Source of the DNA: Octopus bimaculoides
Lineage: Eukaryota
DNA length: 64,000 bases
Assembly (NCBI RefSeq): GCF_001194135.2
Contig: NC_068992.1
Span: 60,263,267-60,327,266, forward strand
Reading direction: 5' to 3'
Position numbers and translations under genes: made by a program. The notes under the pieces were generated by a model that made no database searches, was not told the DNA's origin, and saw nothing but the letters and a program-made list of their open reading frames with translations. This document shows positions 27,315-39,799 of this stretch, piece after piece. The number at the start of each line of letters is the position of its first letter. Position 1 is the stretch's first letter.

Positions 27315-28098
27315 NNNNNNNNNNNNNNNNNNNNNNNNNNNNNNNNNNNNNNNNNNNNNNNNNNNNNNNNNNNNNNNNNNNNNNNNNNNNNNNNNNNNNN
27401 NNNNNNNNNNNNNNNNNNNNNNNNNNNNNNNNNNNNNNNNNNNNNNNNNNNNNNNNNNNNNNNNNNNNNNNNNNNNNNNNNNNNNNNNNNNNNNNNNNNN
27501 NNNNNNNNNNNNNNNNNNNNNNNNNNNNNNNNNNNNNNNNNNNNNNNNNNNNNNNNNNNNNNNTATATATATATATATATATATATTTATACATACATAC
27601 ACTTACCTACCTACATATATATGCATATGCATACATATTATTGATAGCATATTATTTTGTATTGCACGTAGATGATGTAATTTTAGCATCTTAATAGAAT
27701 CTTCTTATCTGGAAGGAAGCAAAACTGAAGCCAAAGATCATATCAAGATTCAAGAACATCATTAAGTATTAGACAGAAAGAGAATATACAGACCAAACCT
27801 TGCATGGGAGGAAGAATTTAACTCTAACACACAATCATATTCATGTTCCCTTGTTTATTTTTGTTTCAGATTTTTTAAAATAAATATTTAATAAAAGAAT
27901 CTAATGTGTTAAAACACACCTACATACCTAGCTATAAAATTACATTTATGTGTTGCTGTTTAATAACTTAACCAAAATTTGAGGCAACTGGAATGCTTTG
28001 TTTATCAATCTATATTTACTAAAACCGATTTTGAAAAGTAATAACAGTGCGCCATTTTGTTTAGTACAATCTTATAATTAATTCTTCTCACTCCTTTT

Positions 28099-28172
<74 letters not shown>

Positions 28173-28638
28173 TGTTCTTCTTCTTCTTTTTACTTCTTTT
28201 TTTCTTCTTTTTCTTCTTCTTCGTCTGGGAATGCGTTTTGTGGAAGTTTTACGTTAGCAGCATCTAGAGTTGTGGTGGTGGGTAAAGGTGACAATGGATT
28301 CAGAGAATCTTTGGGCGTAGCTAGCCTGTTTTGGAGGAGTTTCGCTACTGGAAATACCTTGAATGACTTCCAGAAACCCCTGGACTGGAAACCGTATCGA
28401 GGAACACAACCGGACTGAAATACAGTCTACAGGTATGGAAGTGCCGCTAGGAGGAACTAACTGAGAACCGCGCGGAGCCACGAAATCCTATGGCACTTAC
28501 TTGTGCAGTATTCGAGCATTGTTGACTTGCGGAGTTATGTCGAATAACAGTTGTCCTGTGTAGGACGAATCCGACGACCAGTTGAGTCCATCGTGAGAAT
28601 CACCCCAACGCTCTCCTTTAACAAGACAGGTCAAGCAC

Positions 28639-29000
28639 TAGTTGTACACTGTCAACTTAATGTGACAGTCCCCTGAAAGGAATAATACTACTGTTGGTTA
28701 AACCTAGGAAGCTGCACCGCTTCCTGTCGGCCTTGACACATTTCCTGTGTCCTTATGTTTACAAGGGCGAGACAAGCACCTCCACCCAGCTAAGCCTGCA
28801 TCCAGAGACATCTTTCTGAGTCTTTGCTCGTCTCTAGATGCAGGCTTAGCTGGGTGAAGGTTCTTATCTCCCCCTTGTAAACATAAGGACACAAAAAATA
28901 TATCAAGGCTGGTAGGAAGCGGTGCAGCTTCCTTGATCTAACCAACAGTAGTATTATTCCCTTCAGGAGACTGTCATATTAAGTTGACAGCATACAACTA
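28639..29000. repeat. 362-bp palindrome: 171-bp arms, 20-nt spacer, no indels
   Basis: 28639-28809 aligns to the reverse complement of 28830-29000 with 20 mismatches in 171 positions (88% identity, counted by hand). Confidence 0.97.
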
Positions 29001-29343
29001 CTTCATCGTATCACTACTGCATAAATCTCTCTGAGAGATTTAGAAATGTATTATTTCTAAAAAAGGTCAAGCAGTGTTCTTCTGTCTGGTGGCTATGGCA
29101 AAAGAGGTTGTGTAGTGGACGAGACTGAAAGGATTGAGGAAGAACACCATCCACTTTGGTCAAACTCTCATCGACTTTTTGTAAGTTCCACTTGCAAAGG
29201 AAAGCGAAGTCGTGAGGGAAATGCACTCATCCAATGAATTTGAAAACAATTCTATATTTAAGAGATGAGGAATTATGTACATTATTTATATTATTTACAT
29301 TATTTACATTCGACGGATATTTATCCTCATCTTGTTTGTTGTT

Positions 29344-29389
29344 AACACAACATTTCGGCTGATATACCCTCCATTCTTCATCAGGTGCT
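29344..29389 (-). ncRNA. Minimal type I hammerhead ribozyme motif (degenerate copy)
   Basis: Minus strand: AGCAC CUGAUGA A GAAUG GAGGGUAUAU CAGCC GAAA UGUU / GUGUU. Stem I AGCAC:GUGUU pairs over 5 bp, the core CUGAUGA and GAAA are intact, stem II pairs at 3 of 5 positions, stem III is minimal. Confidence 0.7.
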
Positions 29390-29809
29390 TTGGGGAAATA
29401 ATGTGTATTTGTATACAGTTGGGTGATTGTGGTAAAGATGGTATTTCTCTAAGCATGCACCTATCGTTTGGAAGACAAAAGTTGGGCGAGAACCCGTAAC
29501 TTTAGTAATGAGTGTAATCCTGGGCCTGTGGGGTTCCTTGATTGGCTCTAAATGGATATTCTAGTGCTTTAGGAGGACTGCTTCATTCACGTACTCACAT
29601 ATATTGTATACTATGCATACCTTCATCTCATTTCACCTTTACACTTCTATTCTCCTCTTTTTTTATGTAAGCCTTCTCACAAATGCCTACCGCTCTTGTG
29701 AAGTCCCATTTACTGATGCTCCCGTGATTAATATAAGAAACTCTTCTTCTTCTTCTTCTTCTTCTTCTTCTTCTTCTTCTTCTTCTTCTTCTTCTCATCA
29801 TCATCATCA

Positions 29810-29881
<72 letters not shown>

Positions 29882-29892
29882 TTATTATTATT

Positions 29893-29988
29893 AAGGCAGC
29901 TGGCTAGCAGAATCGTTAGCACGCTGGACGAAATGCTTAGCAGTATATCGCCCGTCGTCACGTTCTGAGTTCAAATTCCACCGAGGTC
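29893..29988 (+). mobile_element. SINE family A head (3'-truncated) directly after (ATT)n
   Basis: AAGGCAGCTGGCTAGCAGAATCGTTAGCACG..GAGTTCAAATTCCACCGAGGTC. Confidence 0.85.
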
Positions 29989-30309
29989 ATCTTATTCTTG
30001 TCCTTGTTTTTCTGCTTTTCTTCACCCTTTCCGTTCGTCCTTTCTTCTTCTTCTTCTTCTTCTTCTTCTTCTTCTTCTTCTTCTTCTTCTTCCTTTCGTA
30101 CCAGAGTGATAACATGTTTGGCTCTGTCACGTTTGCTTTGAGAGTTGGGTAAACTAGCAGAATATTTATGAAATATTACATTCTGCTGAATGAAGCTAAA
30201 TGGAATTCGAAATTTAATTAATTCAGAAGCCAAATGGGTTGTCGCCTTTTTTTTTTTTTTTTTTGCTGCAGATATTTTCTAATTATAACTGGAAATTGTA
30301 TTTTCTTCA

Positions 30310-30596
30310 TCATGATCATAATCATTATCATATTTCTACCATCATTATCATCGTATCACAATCTGCAACACCATCACCACCACCGCATCCACCCCCACCG
30401 CCACCTATCGTCATCATCATCATCACCAAGGGTATCATCATCATCATTAATACTATCATCATCATCATCGTGTATCATCGTCATCATTATCATCATCATC
30501 ATCACCATCATCATCACCACGGTTATCATCACCACCATCACCACCATCACCATCATCGTCGTCTTAGTCGTCGTCATCGTCGTCGTCGTCATCCCC

Positions 30597-30628
<32 letters not shown>

Positions 30629-31210
30629 TATCATCATCATCATCATCGTCATCACCGTCACTACTACCTCCTCCTCCTCCTTCCCCGTTGTCCTTTTCCT
30701 CGTGCTCTTCTTCGTCGGCCCCCTCCTCATCACGATATAATCATTAAATTTAGATAAAGTTGTATACTTATACATACGATATTGCCAACGTATTCTATTT
30801 TATGTCCTCGCATTAATTTTATTGTCAGCTCACAAATGTGCTGCAACAATTCCGAGGAACACCAGCTTTTCAGGTTTCTCTTTCATCGGCAGCCAAAGCG
30901 CTGAAAACCAACGACCAAATCTTAACTTATAGTTACTACTTCGCCCACGACACCACCAACGCGGACACCACCATCACCACCAGCACCACCATCACCACCG
31001 CATCCGCCTCCATCGCCATCTCCAACGCTGCCTGCAATACCGCCTCCACCACCGCTACTGGCCCTTTCACTACCGCCACCCTCTCCGCCACCGCCGCGCT
31101 CTCCGCCGCCGCCACCCCTCTTCGCCCTCGCCGCCCTCTTCGCCTCGACTATTCCTCCTTTTCTTCCTCCTCAACTACCGCTACCACTGCCGCCGCCGCT
31201 GCCACTACTT
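30310..31210. repeat. Degenerate mixed trinucleotide arrays (CAT/CAC/CGT, then ACC/GCC)
   Basis: Read directly from the sequence. Confidence 0.9.
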
Positions 31211-31299
31211 GAAAGACCAATTGAAGGAAATGGTGAAGATTGTAGTAGCTAATGGCTGTCTCTATCGCCTTTGAGATGGCGGATGTGAGTGCGCTTTCT

Positions 31300-31845
31300 A
31301 GGAATAGAATAGACAATAGCCTGTTACCAAATATCAGGCTGAAAACAGAGAGACTGAAATGTTTTAGGAAAATAGTGGTCAGCTGTCGGGCACATAGTCT
31401 TAGAATAACAGAAGGCTATTTTCAGAGACGATGGTTCTGTTGGTTTGAAGTGAATTAGTGTCTATGTGTCGCTGAGTCTATATGAATGAAATCCTATAGT
31501 AGAATAGGGCAGTATTGCTTATAGAAGGATCATAGTTAAAAACTCGAGGAAAGAAGGATTCGTAAGGCTGAGAGGGTTTCTTTTAGTAAATGACCAACAA
31601 GATAGCTTCAGAGGCAGAAGAATTGGTGGTCTGTGAGATGTACGAACGCATTGTTGGTGATTCAGGAACTGCGATGCCATCTAGTTTGTTAGGTGATTGA
31701 TTTCCTCCTGTATAGCAGGCCGTGTAATTTACATTAAATATGTCTGTAACTAGACTACCGGCGGTTGAATCTAACCTTGTAAATAGCAATTCTATGTCTA
31801 CATTGATACATAATTTAAGCACGGTAAATCTAAGACTTTTCATTG
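31300..31845 (-). mobile_element. Penelope-like element (PLE) reverse transcriptase remnant
   Basis: INVDIELLFT resembles PLE S.DV.SLFT; NKLDGIAVPESPTMRSY resembles Q.DG.AMGSP.SP.LA; FNYDPSIS resembles LNS..P.I.FT. Motifs are in the right order but decayed, and the YVDD motif is not recognisable. Confidence 0.5.
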
Positions 31846-31943
31846 AAGATTACAATGTATTAAAGTTCACATATGTTTCCTAAAGTTCATATAAAAGAAA
31901 TCCAAAATACGCAATGTAAATTATTGAAATGTTCATCAAATGC

Positions 31944-31996
<53 letters not shown>

Positions 31997-34900
31997 CAGA
32001 GAGAGAAAGAGAGCGGAATATTCTAGAACGAGGAAAAGATATTGTTTACGTCGAGATATAGCTTTGCAGCAGAGCATAATGGTTTGAAATATTTAGATTA
32101 GCTTAGTATGTCACTTGTGTGTGCGCGCGTGTGTGTGCGTGTGTGTGTGCGTGCGTGTGTGTGTATATGTGTATGTGTATGTGTGTGTGTATAAATATGT
32201 TTATATGTATACACACTTGTATGCATCTATAATTATATTTGAATTTGAGACTATACTGAGGTAGTAATATATAACTTTATGTGATTCACAATTGTATTCT
32301 TACAAAAGCTAAAAAAATCTCTTAGTTTACTTGTTGAAAAATCTAGTTCACGTAAAGACGGGTGGTTATTTCATGACGTTATCATTACTACAATTATAAG
32401 CACTAAACCATTTATAAGCAGAGATATTTCAGTGAAAGAAGACTATGAAACTTGTTAGAAAGCTTTATGAGAAATAAATGTTTTTGGTTCTCTTATACTA
32501 GAATCATACAAACTAATCGGTTGAATTAAATTTAATTCTCGTCAAAAATAAAAGAAAGCCGTTGTAAAATGATGTAAGGAGAAATGAATTAAATAGCAAA
32601 GCACTAGAGTTTGTTTTGGCTGTGGTTATTGTTTAATCCCCGGTGAATTCTATTGCAAACATGTTTTATCAAAGGTGTTCTTGTCGTAACAGTCCTGCAG
32701 TTCTGCGAGACATATTATCATCATGATTATCGACATTACTGTTTCGAGTCTTTGGAGTCATTAGACTGCTTACTCGGTTTCCATGGCGTATTAATGACCG
32801 AGATCAAAACATTCCCACCATCTTTGAACGGGTCGTCAGTCAGTCTCAGGGTTATGCATTAACAACTTTGTGGACTGGAGCAACGTGAAATGAAGTGTGT
32901 TTTTGGTTAGGAAGACGATACGACACCTAGCCCGGGGATCGAAACCACACTTTTAGGTCACGCACCGTCATTTAGCTTTGCTAATATAGTCAATGTACAA
33001 TATGTCTAACTCTGTGAGACCTAGTGTACCTTGGTTTATAAGGCGTTATGTCCTAATTTTGATACGAAGCTACTGTGATTTGAGAGATTCGGTTACTCTT
33101 TCTAGCGGATCGATTGACCCTATAAATAACCTCCCTCTCATTTACTATTACAACCCATCAGTTGATGCGATATCTGTTTTGTAAACCGTAAATAATGTTT
33201 ACTGACAACACGGGTATATATAAAAAAAATTGCTTGATTAATTTGTTATTTATTTGTTTATTTAGTTTACAGCGCTGAATTAAAAAACTGAAAACCATTT
33301 TTCTACATCAAATAACATTTTTTTTCAAAGAACACTATTTTAGTTTTCAATTATAACATTTTTATCATTTCGCATACATAATTATAATTTTATATACAAA
33401 ATGATAATAAAACATCCATTTATAAATAATTATTTACATACAGATATTTTATTACAATGCTAATATGTTTGAATTTAGTATTTCCTAATATTAAAAGATA
33501 ATAATTTTAAATATTGACGCATCTTATTTCTTTACTAATAAATTTAAGTTTTGTTATTATAATGTTAACGAACATTAATGACGTTTAAAGGTTATGTATG
33601 GCATTACTGATCTTGTTTTGTTAAATTTGTGGAAAATTTCCACTCAAAAATAAAAACGGAACATAGCAGATACCGTTAGAATACATTTTACAACTGTGCA
33701 ATAAAACACGATAATCATTACAACAAAACGAGTCCCTCATTGTGCTAGCTCTGTTTGTGTTGAAGAACTAAAACAAATGAATAAATCTTAAGAATGAAGC
33801 TCTTGCGTTTCGTATTTCAACGCTTTGCAAGGAAAACAAAAATGTTTGTTAACAATTGCATTTTTTTCGTTCCTACATATTATAAAATACAACTTTAAAA
33901 GATGAGAAAGAAATCATTGTAATCATTAGTAAAGTTTATTTGCTAAATCTTCTCAAATTATACCTCACCTCTTTTTACGATGACAACAATGTGTAACAAA
34001 ATTTTAGTTTTGTATTTGTCTTTGGTCAATAAGTGTTATTTTGTATTTGCTTCTACCTAGAAATCAAAGGAAATGACTACTATTCCATTCAAACTTTGCT
34101 TTTGTAACCGAAACATTAATGTTTTGAAACTGGACCTATTTTCCATTACATTTTAGACAGATACAGCGTTGAGTTGCTGAAGCAGAAATATCGTTATAGC
34201 AAATATTCTGCTCAATACCACATATTTGCTTGCCCGTTGATTGACCTTAACCACTTAAGCATGTCCCTTAATGGCTAACAATATGTGCATCTCTAATGAT
34301 GGGCTGGATTAGTGAGGGAGCATCATAGCCATGTACTGAGAGGGATTCTTTGGGGGTTTGAATAAATATAACAAAAGTAAAATTTGAGGGAAATATTAGC
34401 AATGTTTCATTCATTCAAGGAGTAAGCAAGTAGGAAATAACAGCTGATACCTAAGGATGAAAATTGCGTTACACAGTGTACTGGATAATGTAATCTTTGA
34501 TATATTATGTCTGACACAAAACGATTAGGGATGGTCGATATTAGAACGTCTTTGGTGATAGATTTACATTATCAGGTTTAAGATGGAGCCAGAAGAAAGT
34601 AGGAATAATACGACCATACACCAACAACAAAAACAATTTATGACAGAAGGTCCTTGCCGGAAAGTTAAAACTTTACTTGGTTAGAATGATAAATGTTGAG
34701 CATTTTTGACTTTCAAATAAATTTTCTCTAGGTTAACATAAAATAGAGGTTAACTACAGAATATAGCATATAAAGAGTGTTATAAATGATAATATACGTT
34801 CAAAGCAAGTTTTACAACTGGTTTTTAATCCTCAAAGTAGACGCTAAATAATATTAATTTTCTTTCTTCAGGGCAGTTAACATACAACAGGCATACCATG

Positions 34901-35208
34901 ACACCTTAAACTCTTTGAATCAATAGAATTGGTTATTCTGGAGTTTAGAAGTAAAGGACATTAATATGCAAGACAGGCTGTTAAGTCAAATTTATCTATC
35001 TTCCTATAAACTTATTCGTGTACTCACACACGCATGTAAAGGAGCGTGCGGATATACACGCATGGTCTCCTACACACAAATAGGAATTTTAAGGAATATC
35101 AAGTGAAAAAGAATTCAACGATAATTTCCAGGGTAATATATATATATATATATATATATATAGATATATGTAAATATATATACTAATGTATACGTGCGCG
35201 CACGCACG

Positions 35209-35288
<80 letters not shown>

Positions 35289-35621
35289 TTTCGACTGGCC
35301 ACCCAATTCTTCTGATGTTACCACACCAGACGTTTTTCCTGTAGGGTTATCTAACGGATCATGTGTGCATTAATAAACTCCGCAACATCCAGTAGCTACA
35401 AAAATACAATCTAACAGAAATGTGTACTAGAACGTAACGTGCTGAGCCGTGTCATAGAAAATGTACTTAAAAGGGCGCGTGTTTGTGAAGCGGGAAGTAG
35501 GGATCATTTCCGTGACTTCATCTTTCATAATTAAACGAAGTAACTCAAATGTTATATTGCCATTTGCAGAAACGCTCGTTCGGAAATAAATAAATAATAA
35601 AACAAATCATTCGGGTTTTAA

Positions 35622-35654
35622 ATGGTAACGTGACTTATGAACCACCTTGTATAA
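35622..35654 (-). mobile_element. Isolated Tc1/mariner-like terminal repeat
   Basis: Reverse complement reads TACAAGGTGGTTCATAAGTCACGT, resembling TA-CAGGGTG-type ends. No partner TIR found. Confidence 0.35.
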
Positions 35655-36358
35655 TAGGTGCAGAACGGACCAACTGGTATTACATTTAATAAGTTTACGT
35701 AGATTTCCGGACACATGAAGAGCAAACGACAGAACCACTACATGGTTACCTAATCTCCTAGAAATAGCCTTAGAATCTTCCTCAAACAATTGAGTAATCT
35801 CTTAAAAATGATATCAAAGGTAACGCATTATATTAGATACACAATTTTTAAAACCAAAATGGGCTGGCCACATATAGAACGTCCTTGGCTGAATCTGTAA
35901 TTTTGCATAAATCAGTGTTGACATGGGGCTAAATGACAACATGAAGAACATCAAATAGTATTTTGTTAGATATACTATCTTTCAAAACATAATGTGAGTG
36001 TCATAGTTGAAATGTTTTTGAACGTAATTATAGGCCTCTTCCACCAGAACTGAGTTGGAACTAAAACGAAAAAAAAAAAAACATTAAAGAAAAGAAAACA
36101 ATAAAAGTTTTAAAGTGAAACCACGAATGAGTTTTGACATTATAATAAACATAGAAGATTTACTCTGACATAAAACATCAATTTTTTCATCAGTTACTGA
36201 TTTCTAATAGTGATTTGTATTCTTCACAACCGAATCAATAGATCTGACAATATTTGTATTGTTGTATGTACAAATATTATAAATCGCATTTTCTAAAGTC
36301 TTTAGACTAATGGAAATATTTTCTTCAGGGAATTTATATAATTTTTTTTTAAACTTAG

Positions 36359-36359
<1 letters not shown>

Positions 36360-36416
<57 letters not shown>

Positions 36417-36468
36417 GTATTATCATCATTATTATTATTATTTATTATTATTATTATTATTATTATCA

Positions 36469-36547
<79 letters not shown>

Positions 36548-36585
36548 CATTATTATTATTNNNNNNNNNNTGATGATGATTATTA

Positions 36586-36619
<34 letters not shown>

Positions 36620-36627
36620 CATCATCA

Positions 36628-36697
<70 letters not shown>

Positions 36698-36705
36698 TTT
36701 TATTA
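36360..36705. repeat. Long (ATT)n microsatellite with a small gap
   Basis: Read directly from the sequence. Confidence 0.98.
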
Positions 36706-36708
36706 TCT

Positions 36709-36850
36709 AAGGCGGCAAGTTGGCTTAATCATTAGCACGCCAGAGAAAATACTTCGGAGTATATCGCCCTTCTTTACATTCTGACTTGGGATGATGTAAT
36801 CAACTATTCTCTTCACTCGAAATTGCTGGTCATGTGCCAAATATTTGAAA
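36709..36850 (+). mobile_element. SINE family A with internal deletion, after a long (ATT)n array
   Basis: The AAGGCGGCAAGTTGG head is joined directly to the tail GATGTAATCAACT..GTGCCAAATATTTGAAA. Confidence 0.75.
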
Positions 36851-36879
36851 TATTATCATTATCATTATTATATTTCTTT

Positions 36880-37125
36880 TGATCTCAGGTTTTGTTGTAA
36901 CTCATGAAGTCGTGCATGCGCAGCGGGTTTGCTGCCTGCAGCCTACAGTACCATGCTACGTATTCTTTTCAGCTATTTAATACTTTACTGATTATTTTGG
37001 CAGTGCCAAGGAGGCAAACCTTTTGTAAGAGTTCTCCTTGGAACTCTATTCCAATTTCCTTCATATTCCTCTGATACTGTTCCCAAGGACCCAACAATAA
37101 TTGGCACTATCTTCACCTTCTTCTG
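36880..37125 (-). mobile_element. R4/Dong-clade 3' end (end of the restriction-like endonuclease domain plus 3' UTR)
   Basis: Minus strand reads QKKVKIVPIIVGSLGTVSEE and ELLQKVCLLGTAKIISKVLNS*. The 3' end points toward AAT-rich repeats. Confidence 0.75.
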
Positions 37126-37873
37126 TACCAACAGAAGTGCCACCTCCTACGAACAGGACAGAATTTCAAAGGAACCATAGAAGGCCTTCTATGGCACATG
37201 TGGACTTTGTTCGTTGTGTTGGGTATTTACGGTATGAGTTTATTCCTGTATGTTTTTGGAGGAGTGTTGCATAGTAGTGTGTGTAAATCATAAATCAAGT
37301 ATTTCATAGTATTTATGGCTAACTTTCATAGTATTTATGGTTATTCTGTCTCTTTTGGTTGGTTTTGTTATAGGTTCGTCTATACAGCGTTTGCTTTTTT
37401 TAACTAAACACTGCCCATGGACATGTGTTGATGTTTCTTTCGTATTTATTATTATTATTGATCGATCAATGAGAGATCGAGAAGAAAGAGCGATGTGCAT
37501 ATATATAGAGGCCTTGTATAAATATGGACGTATATGTAACTAAAATTTAAAATTTGGAAATTTTACTCACAGGTTTGCTGTTTTCGTATAGAAATATTAT
37601 AGTGTTTACATTTTTACGCACATGTTGCTATTTAGGGGAAAGCTATTTTTTGTAAATATATACCCCATATAAGAAGAATCTTTCAGTTTCCTGAGATGGC
37701 TTACATTAAGACATACTTTTCTTTCATTGTTTTAGCGGATTCTTAATTTCTACTTCGTGAATGTTTCAGATTTGATCTATCTTCCGTTAAGTTCGTTGTC
37801 ACACGTCGATGTTGTTTGGATTTTCGCTGCGGTATTCCTGGATATTTTGGGTGGGGTGGGGTGGGGATATTGT

Positions 37874-37992
<119 letters not shown>

Positions 37993-38009
37993 CATTATTT
38001 CTCTACTGC

Positions 38010-38466
38010 ATGCTAATTTAGTTAGAAGGTACTTTATGTTGAAGTTTGGTGATAACAAATCTCCTCAAATTACAAGAATCTTAACAGCGAACTGGCGGAA
38101 GCCAAGCGGGCGTAAAATGGACAGATATAGCGCTTCAATATACACTCAACGCATTCTTACAGAAGTTTGAGATCCACCCTGGCACCAGGGAAATGCAAGC
38201 GCAAGACTACCCTGCCTAGCGAATCTGTCTGTACTAACAGAAGTGCCACCTTCTACGAACAGGACAGAATTTCAAAGGAACCAAAGAAGACGTAAACTGC
38301 GCAAGACCAGAGCCAACTCCTTGCCTTCCCAGCAGACCACCAGTGCTCGACTTGTGGCAGAACCTTCCGAGCGCGCATAGGATTGATCGGCCATAATTGG
38401 ATACACCGTGTCTCGTCTTTTTCTCACATGTGATGTCCCTGGTCATCGTCGACAACGACGGATGAA
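38010..38466 (+). mobile_element. RTE (BovB-like) LINE 3' end with one C2H2 finger and short 3' UTR
   Basis: Broken frames give SELAEAKR, TLNAFLQKFEIHP, YEQDRISK and HQCSTCGRTFRARIGLIGHNWIH, followed by a short UTR and a microsatellite. Confidence 0.8.
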
Positions 38467-38513
38467 CTAACATAAATTCATGTATGTATATATGCATGTG
38501 TGTATGTATGTAA

Positions 38514-38544
<31 letters not shown>

Positions 38545-38763
38545 CCTTTTGTGAAGGTTATCGACGAAGTACGTAAAAGCGCTGAAACGGTGCTTTCCAA
38601 CGAACAACCCTGATAGATATTCGTTCCACTCGAGTTGCACAAATAGTCTCTTGCACAAATTCGTCGCCATCCTGAATGCAGTGAACCAATGATTGAAACG
38701 GCGGGACACTTACAACCAACAAAATTATTGTCCTCAAATGTCATATATATATATATGTGCGTG

Positions 38764-38836
<73 letters not shown>

Positions 38837-39768
38837 NNNNNNNNNNNNNNNNNNNNNNNNNNNNNNNNNNNNNNNNNNNNNNNNNNNNNNNNNNNNNNNN
38901 NNNNNNNNNNNNNNNNNNNNNNNNNNNNNNNNNNNNNNNNNNNNNNNNNNNNNNNNNNNNNNNNNNNNNNNNNNNNNNNNNNNNNNNNNNNNNNNNNNNN
39001 NNNNNNNNNNNNNNNNNNNNNNNNNNNNNNNNNNNNNNNNNNNNNNNNNNNNNNNNNNNNNNNNNNNNNNNNNNNNNNNNNNNNNNNNNNNNNNNNNNNN
39101 NNNNNNNNNNNNNNNNNNNNNNNNNNNNNNNNNNNNNNNNNNNNNNNNNNNNNNNNNNNNNNNNNNNNNNNNNNNNNNNNNNNNNNNNNNNNNNNNNNNN
39201 NNNNNNNNNNNNNNNNNNNNNNNNNNNNNNNNNNNNNNNNNNNNNNNNNNNNNNNNNNNNNNNNNNNNNNNNNNNNNNNNNNNNNNNNNNNNNNNNNNNN
39301 NNNNNNNNNNNNNNNNNNNNNNNNNNNNNNNNNNNNNNNNNNNNNNNNNNNNNNNNNNNNNNNNNNNNNNNNNNNNNNNNNNNNNNNNNNNNNNNNNNNN
39401 NNNNNNNNNNNNNNNNNNNNNNNNNNNNNNNNNNNNNNNNTATATATACATATATATATATATATACATACATACATGCATACATTAAAATATAACCTAT
39501 ATAAAGAAAGAAAAAGAAACCGTCTCTGTCTAAAGGATACATATCTGTCCGTTTGTCTATCTGTTTGTCTCCCATGCGAATAGATTTTCATATATTTCAA
39601 CAAAAAAAAAAACTCTAAAAAATATTTGTATTTATGAAGTGAATATTTTGACGGCCATTGCCTTTTTCGCTCCATCTCTCTTCTTTAATATGTTTATATG
39701 TACATATATATATGAGTGCGGGAGGCGTGCGAATATATGTCTATTTGAGTATGTATGTATGCACGTAC

Positions 39769-39799
<31 letters not shown>

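Noticed and set aside
30234-31212. His-rich and Thr/Ala-rich mucin-like ORFs
   Set aside because: Translations of CAT/CAC/ACC/GCC repeat mosaics.
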